Shown here: positions 14,195-28,095 of the stretch, one piece after another
Position numbering within the stretch: position 1 is the first letter of the stretch
Layout: every line of letters begins with the position of its first letter
Assembly: GCF_009914755.1 (NCBI RefSeq)
Contig: NC_060940.1
From: the human T2T-CHM13v2.0 reference genome, Homo sapiens
Reading direction: 5' to 3' (one strand)
DNA: 64,000 bases
Position numbers and translations under genes: made by a program
The notes under the pieces: generated by a model
Database searches by the model: none
Seen by the model: only the letters and a program-made list of their open reading frames with translations
What the model was told of the DNA's origin: nothing

Positions 14195-14514
14195 ATTTTT
14201 TCTTTTTATTTTATTTATTTATGTATTTATTTTGAGATGGAGTCTCGCTCTGTTGCCCAGGCTGGAGTGCAGTGGCGCATCTCAGCTCACTGCAACCTCC
14301 ATCTTCTGAGTTCAAGCGATTCCCCTGCTTCAGCCTCCTGAGTAGCTGGGACTACAGGCATGCACCACCATGCCCAGCTAATTTTTGTATTTTTAGTAGA
14401 GAGGGAGTTTTACCATCTTGGACAGGCTGGTCTCGAACTCCTGACCTCAAGTGATCCATCTGCCTTGGCCTCCCAAAGTGCTGGGATTACAGGCATGAGC
14501 CACTGTGCCTAGCC
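14195..14514 (-). mobile_element. AluS
   Basis: Antisense dimer with (TTTA)n tail. Confidence 0.9.
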
Positions 14515-14603
14515 TGTCATATTATTTTTAAAAATTTCAGTGACATTTCAATTAAGTTAAATTTAATTCTTACTGACCTGATCTCTTATCTTCTGTTTAA
14601 TGA

Positions 14604-14803
14604 TATATTAACAGATTACAGTTAATATATTACAGTTAATAATAATATACAGTTAATATACAGTTATATATACAGTTAATATATATTATTAACTGTATAA
14701 CATACAGTTAATATATATTATTAACTGTATAATATACAGTTAATAATAATTACAGTTAATATATTACAGTTAATAATAATAACTGTAATAACTGATTACA
14801 GTT
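14604..14803. repeat. AT-rich direct/inverted minisatellite of TACAGTTAAT / ATTAACTGTA units
   Basis: About ten forward and three reverse-complement copies visible. Confidence 0.85.
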
Positions 14804-14879
14804 GAAAGGTGTTTCCCCTGTAATCACAAGTGCTAAAGGAAATATAACATGTATTCATTAGATAGATATCCACTAAACC

Positions 14880-15060
14880 ACTGATTCTCGCATTGTAGTC
14901 CTTAGACCCTCAGCATCAGCAACACGTGGGAACCCGTTAGACATGCAAATTCCTGGACCAGCCCCACACTTCCTGAATCAGAAAGTGGGGAAGAGGGACA
15001 GCTATCTGTGCTTTAATAAGCCTTGAGATGCTCCCTGAAGTTTGAAAACTACAGAACTAG
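14880..15060. mobile_element. MER5A DNA transposon
   Basis: cagcatcagca…gttagacatgcaaattc…ctgaatcagaa…aagtttgaaaactac. Confidence 0.7.
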
Positions 15061-15319
15061 AATACATATGGTAGTAAGTGCTCATACTTTATCCAAGGTA
15101 CCAGGGACTCTTCCCCTCTTTTCCATTCTCTTTTCTGTTGAAATAAAATGAAAACTTATTTTGACTTAATGGGTATAAAAAAGAAGGCAATGAGATGACC
15201 AGGGTTTCAAGTTAAGAGTTCAAAATTTAATCAGTGGACAGTGACAGGATGCAAGTCTTCTAAACAGATTACTGCAAGGAAGCTGATTATAATCTATACA
15301 GTAGGTATCATTAGTGTAC

Positions 15320-15610
15320 TGATGTTAAATGTTTTGGGTGGATTAATGGTATTGTGATTATATAGGAGAATATCCTGGTTCTTAGGAGATATCTGCAAAA
15401 GTACTTAACAGTGAAATGCTATGATACTGGCAACTTACTTTGAAATGATTCAGGGGGAAAAAGGGCAAATATACAATCTTCCATATGTGGAAAAGAGAAC
15501 ACAAATATGACAAAATGTGAACTAGTGAATCCAGTTGAATAGAATACAGATGTTCACTGTATGATTTTATCAACTTTTCTGTGTTTGCAAGTTTTTAAAA
15601 TAAAAAGTTA
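15320..15610 (+). mobile_element. Old L1 (L1ME-like) 3' end
   Basis: …caacttttctgtgtttgcaagtttttaaaataaaaagtt terminus. Confidence 0.6.
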
Positions 15611-16197
15611 AGGGAAAAGAAACATCGCCCCAAATCTTTCTATGAAATGGAACCACAGAAAAAGCATAGAAGTGAACTCTTTGCAGAAGAGGGCACTGTA
15701 CCCATCCAGACAGCATGGTTAAAGTGCAGGGTCTCCTCCAGGAAGCTATTCTCTGGTCTCTTCTGTGCTGTCACTTCCCCCCGACGCTGCCAAGGCTTTT
15801 TTCTAATAACTCTTTTTCTAAAGATGTAATTTTTTTCATTCATCTAAGAAAGAGACAAAAAAATTAGTATACATTTAGAAAATAAAATTATACTTATACT
15901 TGTGTAAAAACAAAAAATACTTTGAAAAGTGGGGAAGCAAAAAATGTACTGTTCTATAATTCTGTTCTGTTCTTACCATCTTTTTATTCTGCCAATGACC
16001 TCCTATTCCTGCTGCCTATGGTGAGGTGAGCTGCAAATAATTTCTTATCCTCATTTATTTAAAATTTCATGTTTATAATATACTAAACTCCCTCAGAAGC
16101 ATTTGGGTTTATTTCTGGGCTCTATTCTATTCAAGTGATCTATCTGTTCACAAGCCACTATCAATTTTGATTATTAGAGCATCCTAAAGTTAAGTAA

Positions 16198-16502
<305 letters not shown>

Positions 16503-16732
16503 AAGTAATTCTTTGATTAGGATATTAGTATTTGATGGAGTCTGACCCTTTTGACTTTAAACTCAAATTCTTATTATCTCTAACTTCTAAAAGACAACAA
16601 TTATGACTTCAGTGTATAAAATGCCAGCTTTTTCAGCTAACTTACAGAATTCTCTTATTTTCCTAATATTGATTCAGTTTATCCTTTCGGTTTTCTCTCC
16701 AAACACTAATGTTTTCATTTTAGTATCCCTAA

Positions 16733-16734
<2 letters not shown>

Positions 16735-16763
<29 letters not shown>

Positions 16764-17040
16764 GAGACAGAGTCTCGCTCTGTTGCCCAGGCTGGAGTAC
16801 AGCTGCACTATCTCAGCTCATTGCAACCTCCATCTCCCAGGCTCAAGCAGTCCTCTCACTTCAGACTCCCAAGTAGCTGGGACACAGGCACATGTAACGC
16901 GCCCAGCTAATTTTGTATTTTTTTGCAGAGATGAGGTCTCACCATGTTGCCTGGGCTGGTCTCAAACTCCTGAGCTCAAGTGCTGAGAGCTCCTGAGCTC
17001 CCAAAGTGCTGGGATTACAGGTGTGAACCACTGCTCCTGG
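16735..17040 (-). mobile_element. AluJ-like
   Basis: Poly(T) plus diverged antisense dimer. Confidence 0.85.
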
Positions 17041-17814
17041 AAGTTTTCCTAATCTCTTATCTTTTGTAGTTGCACTGGCTTATGTGGCTATTAACTGTTA
17101 GTGTTAATTAACAGGGGTAACTGTAATACTGGACATTTTGTCTTATTCCTGATCTTAAAGGGATGTTTGTAGAATTTCACCCATCATGCATGATGGCAGC
17201 TTTTGGCTAGATGTATTTATAACCCACTAGGAGTTAAAAAAAAAATCAGAAATAAATATTGAATTTTATCAAATGTCTTTCTAACATATATGGAGGGAAC
17301 CGTGTATTTTCTCCTTAACGTCTTGCAACCAGGAATCATATCAGATCTTCTAATAGTGATTCAAAAGGATAAGGTTCATGTGGTTGTGTGGCATAATTTT
17401 CCCACTGTGCTATGTTTGCATCACTAGTCATGAATGAGAGAGTGTGTGTGTTTTAACGCCACCTTTGTCAGGTTTGGGTTTTCATGTTCTAACAGTTTGA
17501 AAAGAAAAAAGTTTGAAAGTTCTATTTTATTCTTTATCTGTGGAAATTGCAATAAATTATTTGTGATTTACTGAAAATTTCACTTGAAGGTCTGATATAA
17601 TTTCAAAGCAAAACCAAACCTTTCTTTCTTTTTTGTGGGGGAAGGGTAGGAGGAGTGGGATGGGAGGACACTAACTCATTGATACTTTATGGTTTTTTTC
17701 CCCCTTTAGAATTTATTTTCTTGGGACAATCTGACAACGATGAATTTAATTTAGATTCGCAGATTTTAAAAATAATTCTTTTGATATTCTTGGTATAGTT
17801 TATTTGCCTGTTCT

Positions 17815-18086
17815 CCAGCTCTGTTGCCCAGGCTGGAGTGCCTAGTCCAATCATAGCTCACTGCAGCCTTGAACTGCTGGACTCAAGTGATCATCCCCGA
17901 TAAGCCTCTCGAGTAGCAGAGACTATAGGCTCATGCTACCACACCCAGCTAATTTTTTAAATTTGTAGTGGAGACGGGGTTTCACCGTGTTGTCCATGCT
18001 GGTCTTGAACACTTGGGCTCAAGCAATCCTCCCTCCTCAGTCTCCCAAAGTGCTGGGATTACAAGTGTGAGCTACTGTGCCTGGCA
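17815..18086 (-). mobile_element. AluJ-like
   Basis: atcatagctcactgcagcc…gggattacaagtgtgagc. Confidence 0.85.
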
Positions 18087-18546
18087 CTATTCTCATTTTT
18101 ATTATAATAAAATTTTGGGATTGGATAAATAATATAGCCAAATTATTGGAGCCAGACTATATCTACTAAAATTAATGAGATTTCACTTGTCTGAAATCAT
18201 GACATACTTTGGGAAGATATGTTTGTCCTGGTATTAATTAAAATTACAGCTATTTGACATTCACCAAAATCTGTGGAGCACCTTAAAGACATAGGCGGTA
18301 TCCTCTAGAGCAGTCAAAACAGTTACAAGAAGAGGCTCTCAGGACAGCTTTGTCAGGAGAGACAGGCTATACATATAAAGACACAAGGGAGAGAGAAAAG
18401 AAACAACTATTTTACACGCAGGCCCCAAATTGAAAGCTATAGGCTGGGTAACGCAGGCACTGATTTCTGCAAATCAGATGCTTTCCATATGGCATCTCTA
18501 TAAGATGTGCTTTTGCTTTAGAGAGTAGCAGCAAGATCTTCAGTTT

Positions 18547-18880
<334 letters not shown>

Positions 18881-18908
18881 TAATAGTTACAACAAGAAAA
18901 ATAGGGAA

Positions 18909-19220
<312 letters not shown>

Positions 19221-21449
19221 TTAGTAGTCTGTGAGTTCCACAATCATGCGAAGCATATTAAAAATTCCTTAAATTCCTAATTACCTTTTCCTGTCTTTTT
19301 TCAAAAGAAGATTAACTTCATCAGAATTTTTCTTTACATTTAAAACACCTGCATCTTCAGTTGCCTCATCATCCGGCAAAGCAAAAGTCACTCTTTTCAA
19401 GCTTTCTTTACATTGTTTACTGTCTTCTCTTTCTTCCAGGTGATCACCTTCATCCCTACACTACCAAAACTCTTATAAAAAGAAATATATTGTTTTCCAT
19501 TAGAAAAACAAAAGGAAACATATTTTCCCTTAACAAAGTTCCTCTTTTATATGCCTAATGCAACCAGATACTTAGAACTTCCAAAATCATTCAGGTATTA
19601 AGGAAGAGAAGCTATCATTTAAGTGAAATGCTATGTAAGAAACAAAAAGGGTCCAATATATAGAAAATAAATTATTCATCAATCTATAATACAAACCTCT
19701 TATCTCACAAAAATAACAGGATTTTGGGGGCACAAAACCAAATCAAAGTTCCTGGTAAGAAAGGTTTGATTGCTACTGTCAGTAATATTTTTCTTCATTA
19801 AATGATCTCTAATGTCCGTTTAAATCCAGTGACTTTCCTCTGGCTATCTTGAGAAGATCTGATAGGAGAGTATCTAACTTCTTAAAACAAACATATGTGA
19901 AAACCACAAATACAAACACTGATTGGGCAATTCCAGCTCACAAAGTAAAGGATGTTTCAAAATACTCACATTTCAGAAATGCTTCCTTCTTCTGCTTCTT
20001 CTTCAGCAATTTCATCATCTTGTTTGAACCCAGCTCATCATCATGATCACTTGCTATGTCTTCATCACTTTCAACTGGATCAAAAAAATCTTTGTTGTTC
20101 ACATTTCTGGAACTTTTAACTGACTAAAATAAAAAGATTTTTAAAACTATTAATTAGGAATAGAAAAATACATCATTAACACATGCATATATATATACTG
20201 TATGTCTATATTACTTTCTAACTTAACACTACAAGTCAAAAATAGTTACTAGGTGAAATTGGCAACTAAAAACACTACCATAAAACTATTATAAGAACAA
20301 CTGGAACATAAACTGAATGGAAGTACAGATTCATTTATAACTGATAAAACAAAGCATAATATATCTTAGCTCTAAACCTTCTAACTACAATTACATCTCT
20401 CCTAGAAAAACAGAACAAAAGCTAATTTGAGGAGGAGGAAAGTGCTCTCTCCTTTCTCAAACTTAACCTTAAGTTTTTTACTTCCAAACAGTCCCCTTTT
20501 ATCTTCATCAGAATCAATATCTTCAAAAAAAAATCAGTATCTTCCACCTCATCATCATTATCATCTTTTCGTTCCTCTTCTTTTTCTCTGTTTTCTAAAT
20601 AAGCCTCCATTTCAGAGAGTTGGAAGAATTTCTCGTCTATTATGGACTTTTCTCTTGGTTTTCCATGTCCTGTGTTTTGCACCTTGCTCTGCTGTTCCAA
20701 TTTGCTGATATCAAAGTCAAGGTCAGAATCCTCATCACTGAAAACTGGGCTTTTCCTCAGCTCAAATTTGCTTGAGTTTCTAGCTTTCTTGCCCACTTCA
20801 GGATTGTCACCACCCATATCTGACACTTCCTCTTCCTCCTGTAAATCTTCTAGGTCCTCCTGGCCACCAGTCTCTGTCTCTGAACCATCCTCTTCACACT
20901 CCTGTTCTTCACTCTCTGGGAGAAGACTGATGTCTTCATCTTTGTTTCACTAACTGCATTTTGGAAGCATTGTAAAATTGGTTCATTTTGCAATTCCAGT
21001 TGTTGCAAAGTCTGCTCATCATCAAAACTTTCTATCACAAGTTTTTGTAAAGGGCTTCCACAGATCCTTCCATTCTCTAATATTTTATTAAAGTCATAAA
21101 CCACTTTTGTTAAAGAAGTGAACTTTGATGACAATCCATCTTGAATCCTATTGGGAGGAATTAAATGAGATTTAGAATTATAGGTAATAATTTCACAGCT
21201 CTCTTAATTAAAAGAAAAATAAAAACCCCAACTCTTCTGTAAAATCAAATTTGAATGAAGTGTAAGTATAGATTCTGGCCCCAACAACATACAAGCTGAT
21301 GAGCCACAGTGATATATAAAACCTGTCAATCAAGTATTTGTGAATCAGCTGTATAGATTTTAGGCAGGAAAAGCATTACAAATCTGTTTGCTTGGAGATA
21401 CATAGTGAATTAGCCTTAAATTATCAACTCTGCTATATTATACACCACT

Positions 21450-22330
21450 CCATTCATTCATTCCCTTATTCCTTCAGTGATCAACATTTGCTTTGGCTAC
21501 AGTGGTCAAGGAAAACCTCTTTTGGATGTGACATCTCAGATGAAACCTACAGATAAGGATAGTCTTATAAAGATTGGGAAACATGTATTCCAGGCAGAAG
21601 AAACAGCAAGAACAAATTCTCTAAGATGCAACTGAGCTTGGTAGGCCTGAGGAATAAAAAAGTGAGCACAGCTAGAGTGTGAAGGAGGCAGAAGGTGAAA
21701 TTGGAGAAACTGATGGGAGCCAAATTCTACAGGGCTCAAGGGTAAGAGTTTGCCATTTTAAGTGTAATAAGAAAACATGAGAAGATTTTAAGCAGAAGGA
21801 TGAAATGATGATTTACAAGAAGGAAGAAGAAAGGGAGGAAGGAGGAGGAGGAAAGTAGAGTGATTAGAAGGTTGATGCAGCATTCCAGGCAAAGGATGAT
21901 GGTGATTTAAGCTGGAGTTAGAGCAGTGAATATGCTGAGTACAGTCTGGAGGTAGAACTGACAGGATTGCTAAGGAATTAGATACAGAATAGAGAAAAAT
22001 GAAGACATCAAAATAGCAGCCTAGTTTTATGTGTGAGCAACAGGAAAGACAGAACTGCCATTTACTGTGACAGGCAAGGCTTGAGTGCTGGAGCATGGGG
22101 AAAGGACTTCAGCGGATGGCAGAGTATAGGTGGGTAGAACAACATTCTACTCTATTTTGGACACAGTGAATTTGCGATGCTGAGAGTACCAAAATTTTAA
22201 AAATTGTTAAAAGCCGTACAGTGCGGATATCCCAGTTGTGTGCTACTGAATTCCAACTAAGCTCAGTCTGTAGTCGCTGTGAGCCAGGAACTCAAGGGAG
22301 AGGTTGGAGTTTGAAATATAAATGAGTCAT
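21450..22330 (-). mobile_element. L2 LINE remnant
   Basis: cattcattcattc start; aggtagaactgacaggattgcta and ctattttggaca motifs. Confidence 0.65.
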
Positions 22331-22759
22331 AATTTTATAGATCATATTTGAAGTTCTTCAACAAAATACCCATAAAACTTTTGTGCTGGGAAGAGACAGG
22401 AAAGTTCTAATTCTCAAGAAGCTTAGTTGGGGTGGACAGACAAGTGACGAGTTTGTACTTTCAATAAAGTATGATGACAGGTAAATACTGAGTGCTTTAG
22501 GAGTACATAGGCGGAAGGAGAAACCAAAACAGTTTGTGTGTAGGGGTATGGCGGCAGTAATAAGCCTCCAGGGGAGCTTCTAGGCGTTAATAACTGAGGT
22601 TATTTGGTGGATTTCAATAACATTCAACTGAGAGAGCCATACTGTAAAAATTTTAACAATTTTGAAAATTGTGATAGCCTAGGAAAGTATAATCTCTGAA
22701 ATGTGGGGAAAAGCGATTTACATTTCCCCTTACCTTCCCCCAGCTCCACAATTTGCCAG

Positions 22760-23730
22760 GGGTCTGCAACCCGCGTCCAGGTGCGACCCCAGTAGCACCG
22801 GAGCCAGGGATCTGCGCGCATATGTGAGGATGCACTGGGGCCAGCCGGTGGCTTTGCCGACCTCTGTCAGACACCGCTCCAGGGTCCGTCAGCGCCAGGC
22901 CCGCGGGGCTATGGCTGTCCGCAACTCCCGACACAAGCTGCAAGCAAGGCAAGAAAGCCGCTGGGAAACCTCACAGCAAGGATGCGCCTAGCTTGGAGCT
23001 CAGAGTCCAAAGTGCCACGGCTCACAGGTTCCAGACTCACCCCCAGCTGGAGCCAATGGCAGCGCCAGCGCTTTCGCGGGTGCAGGGGGGCGGGAAACAA
23101 AAATTACCACTGGTCGACCCAAGCGCCTTTGAACTGTCTCCAAACTTCTTATTGTACTTTTCAGGGGCCCACAAGGGGTAGGCCTCCTGGCTTTAATTTC
23201 TGCTTTAGGTAAAGTGGGTGTGTTGTATGCAGTAGGAAATCAGCGGCCTTCGCCACGCCCCCTGCCGGATCGCCCCGCCCTCCACCGCGCACCTGGCTCG
23301 GTCAGCGGCTAGTGCGGAGAGACACAGCGGAGATAGCGCGCCTGCTAAAGGCTGCCGCCGCCAACACCTTAGGTGAATACCGAGCTCCAGGAAGGTCGCT
23401 GTGGGTAGGGCATGTGGGAAAGGAGGCCAGGGGGAGAAGGAGGCCTCAACGTGGCCAAAGCACCTTGATGATGCGCTCTGTCCCCGGAGGCGCGTTCCAC
23501 GGCCGCTGCCGGCACCTAGGCAGAGGGATACGTTCCAGAAACACCTCAGCTTAGCGCGGGGATGGCCTTCTTGTGCGTGAGTCCCTCTGCACACGGGAAC
23601 TGTGCGCCCTGGGCACTGCACCTTCCAGTATGTGGGCCGGAGAGGCGGGGGTTCTTGCCCAGCGGGTCCGACAGGGCATGGACGGAAGTAAATGGAAGCC
23701 GGTAGGTAAGTGTTATTTTACCGCGCACCC
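22760..23730. promoter_or_regulatory. CpG island / duplicated bidirectional MPHOSPH10-MCEE promoter
   Basis: Dense CpG in an otherwise CpG-poor window; GC boxes (ccacgcccc, ccccgccc at ~23252-23281); lies between and across two divergent first exons. Confidence 0.85.
23333..23372 (+). pseudogene. MCEE: Duplicated exon 1 of methylmalonyl-CoA epimerase (gene fragment)
   Basis: ATA GCG CGC CTG CTA AAG GCT GCC GCC GCC AAC ACC TTA G|gtgaat = (I)ARLLKAAAANTL(G), versus recalled MCEE MARVLKAAAANAVG. 40 nt. MCEE is the known head-to-head neighbour of MPHOSPH10. Exon 2 not found. Confidence 0.88.
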
Positions 23731-24489
23731 ATAAAGAGGCTGGGGAGAAACCAGAAAGGAGAGCAAGTCTTGTTTAAAAAAAAAAAAATCAGCTGAACTG
23801 CAAGCATGACCAGCATCCTGTTGGGAACACTCAAAGGTCAATGTTGTAAGGAATACAGAAGGAGTTACTTTTCCACGTGCCTTAATAAGTTTATCATCGC
23901 GTGCATAAATGGAAAGATAAAGCATGTGGATTTAGAAACTTCCTTGATTTCTCTCTTCCTTCATTTTTTTAATTGTCTAGATAAAATCAGTTATGACAGA
24001 AACTCGCGTTTTCTGAGTCTCACTTTCTTTTTATCTTTTTTTTTCTCTTTCTCCTTTTATGAGAGGCAAGTGTTTCCCTTAATCTGAGATTAAGTGCCAA
24101 GTGGTAAAGCCCCAGAGTTACTCCGGGACATTCGTGATAAATCCTTCTAGCACCAGAGCCCACATTCTTAACCATGAGACATACTCACTTCTTAGGTGAT
24201 ACACCAAATCGGAAGGTGAAAATATAAATTAAAAAATGAATATTCAGGAAAAAGTATTTTTATATCTGTGTTTTTAGAACTGCACCCTTTAATGATTGAC
24301 GGTTTGGGAAGAGTATGACTTCCAACAGACCATATACTTACTGGAAGAACTAAATACAGATAAAGATGCATTTTTGTTTTGTAACTTACACATCTTGGCA
24401 GAAAGTAAAGGAAAAATGAAAATAGTGTATTCCAAAGACTGATTTTGATTTGTCCTATTAAGATACTTGAAACTTCATGGCTCCATTTT

Positions 24490-24845
24490 TTTGTGTGTGT
24501 GGTTGAATATATGTAAAGTAAAATTTAGCATTTTAACATTTTTTAGTGTATAATTCAGTGGCTTTAACTACACTCACTTTGTTGTGCAACAGTCACCACC
24601 ACCCCTTTCCTGAGCTTTTTCATCTCACCAAAACTAAAAACTCGGTACCCATTACACAACACCTGCCCATTCTCCTCTGACCCAGCTCTTGGCAACCACT
24701 GTTCTACCTTCTCTGTGAATCTGACTATTCTAGGTGCCTCATATAATGTGGAATCACATACTGTTTTTCTTTTCTGTGTTTGGCTTGTTTCACTTAGCAT
24801 AATGCCCTCAAGGTTCATCCATATTGTAGCATGTGTCAGAATTTA
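24490..24845 (-). mobile_element. Old L1 (L1MB-like) 3' end
   Basis: ggcaaccactgttctacc…tcacttagcataatgccctcaaggttcatccat. Confidence 0.8.
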
Positions 24846-24847
24846 CT

Positions 24848-25141
<294 letters not shown>

Positions 25142-25728
25142 TATACTCCTCTTTTATTAACACTTCTGTTCTTAATTATCTTGTGCATTTATCCACACGT
25201 GGTTGTACACTATATTCATGCAAAGCAACCTTTATTGGAATATTGGAATAATCACAAATTATACATTACAGTATTCAAAATAATGCAATTCTGCTGCACC
25301 ATTCTGAAATGGGAGGCAGAGAGACCTAAAACTGAAGAGTTGTGAATTTCTACCAACTGAGGGCCAACCTGAAGTAAAAATATCTTTAAAAAGTTAGCTT
25401 GATTGTCAGTAATCATTTCATAATTTATACATATATTAAAGCATACGTTGTATACCTTAAAGATACATAATTTCTATGAGTCCTCATACCTCAAGCTAGA
25501 AAATATAATAATCAAGAGTTCAATTCGCAACAAACTTTTCAGGCACACATTTTTATCAAATATAAAGCTCTGTTTCATTTTAACCCCTTTATTCAGGGTT
25601 CTCCACCCAGTTTGCTTGGTCTACACAATTTCACCTTTGGATTTTTATTGTTGGATCATCTCTTCTTTTTTTCTTTTTTCTTTTTTTTTTTTTTTTTTTT
25701 TGAGGTAAAATTTACATAATAAAATTAA

Positions 25729-26038
<310 letters not shown>

Positions 26039-26124
26039 GTGAAAAATGTACACTTTAACAGCAATGATCACATTCACTGGGTTCATGCGACTATCACCTT
26101 TATCTATTTAAAAACATTTTCACT

Positions 26125-26434
26125 GGCCAAGTGCAGTGGCTCACGCCTGTGGTCCCAGCACTTTGGGAGGCAAAGGCAGGAGGATCACTTGAGGCCAGGA
26201 GTTCAAGACAAGACCAGCCTGGGCAACATGGCAAAACCCCGTCTCTAAAAAAATACAAAAATTAGCCAGGCGTGGTGGTGCATGCCTATAGTTCCAGCTA
26301 TTCAGGAGGCTGAGGTGAGAGGATCACTTGAACCTGGGAGGTCAAGGTTGCAGTGAGCCATCATCGTGCCACTGCACTCCAGCCTGGGCAACAGAACAAG
26401 ACTCCGTCTCAAAAAAAAAAAAAAAAAAAAAAAA
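26125..26434 (+). mobile_element. AluJ/S
   Basis: Sense dimer with poly(A). Confidence 0.9.
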
Positions 26435-27491
26435 GAAGGTGTTTTGTGTGATCTTTTCTCTTGAAGACCAGGAAGAGTTTATCTTTAAATGTCCCATTTT
26501 ACTTCATGTGCCCTTAACTACACAATTGTAACTTACTCTTCACCTTTTTTTTATCCTAGTACATGCATAATTACGTTGATATATTTGTTTTTAGCCATAG
26601 CAAGTTTTGATGTGCATTCTTGTCAATATTGTTTGGTTCAAAAATCTATAAAGGCTAATGATTTTACTAGCTTATGACTTAAAGTTTACTGTTTCAGGAG
26701 AATTTTCCCAAATACTCAGTTGACTCAAGTTTATTTCAGCATAAATTTCTTGCAACATACTTTTAAATATTATCTCTTAATAGTGTATTCCATTGTTTTA
26801 TTACTTTTTTCCTGGGGCTCCAACTTTGTGAATAGTGCCTTTGCTTAACTTTGATTTCTACCACTTTTCTGTGACCTCTTTTTTCCTTATGTCATTTTCA
26901 TTCTCCAGGTTGTTTTTCTACCTTTCTTCAAAGCTAGTCATTATATTTGCATTTGAGTCTATTCTCTTTTGTGACTTTGTGGTTCTGTTTTTCTTTAGGA
27001 GATGACTTTGTCTTTCTTTCCTTCATTTCTCTTCCGGCTTTAATTAACTGTATTTTCATTTCCTTATGTTTTTGCCCATTTTTATTCTTATTTTTTAGAT
27101 ATCTGACTCAATTGGCTTTTCATATCCACAAATGCTTATTTGAATAAATTTTATTCTATTTGAAGTGTCAGCTTAGAATTTTATCCCGATTCATAGTTAT
27201 TTTATTTGGGGAGATTTGAATTAGTCAAAGTATATTGGATCTGTTTTTTTTATAGTAACCTCTAAAACATGGAGTTTTCTTCTTTTCATTTTTTTGTGGA
27301 TTTCTTGTGAGTTTTCCAGATTCCCAGTGCAGTGGCACCCTATTCTGCCAGGATAGCGAATTCCAGCTATGTAGCAAATTTGTTCAGGGTTTATGAGCAG
27401 TGTATGTCCTCTAGTTGGTTTTCTTTAGAATCTTAGGGTGTTAAAATGTCCCCCCCCCCTTTTTTTTAAGACAGAGTCTTGCTCTGTCCCA

Positions 27492-28095
27492 TTTTTTTTT
27501 TCAGGAGATTTAAATCATTTATTAATTACACATGATAATGTATGATACACAAACTTCATTCCCATCTACAGTTTTATCTGATACCATCATTTAATTTAGA
27601 TATATCGCATAGGATGTGCCAATGACCATTTTTATAACCAATAATTTCACGATTTTGCTTGGGTGATCCCTTTTAATGGTGAACTTCAGGTCACGACAGT
27701 ACCTATCAGTTCAACTACACCAAGGTTTCTGAAGACAATGGTGTCTCCACCCAAGCAGGTTGTAAATAAATTCCAGATAGAATCTGGCATCACCCTGGAG
27801 GAATTCTAACTTCACACTCTTGGGGAAATTTACCAAGATGGCTTCAGAGTAAACCAGCTTTACATAGCACATTTGAAAAAAAAAAAAAGACGTATTATTC
27901 AAGGTCATGATCAGACTATTACATTTAGCAACCAACAGCGTGGGTGCAAAAAAAAATCTACATTAAAACCCTGTGTTGGAATGTTTTACACTTTCCACAG
28001 AATAGAAACTAAAATAACCTGTTTTGCAATTAGTTGAAAATACAGTCCTGGAGTTTTTCGCCCATACACATGAGCATTTGTCTAAAACATGTCTT
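27492..28095 (-). pseudogene. HNRNPA1: Processed retrocopy of the HNRNPA1 mRNA 3'UTR (5'-truncated, non-coding)
   Basis: Minus strand reads AAGACATGTTTTAGACAAAT…GCCATCTTGGTAAATTTCCCCAA…GAAACCTTGGTGTAGTTGAACTGATAG…GACCTGAAGTTCACCATTAAAAGGGAT…AATAAA (27523-27518), then poly(A). Matches the recalled HNRNPA1 3'UTR. Confidence 0.88.

Noticed and set aside
19285-21147. MPP10-GOLGA fusion protein through MPHOSPH10P exons 2, 3 or 4
   Set aside because: In the frame matching the GOLGA exon, each has a stop shortly before the donor and no ATG after it.
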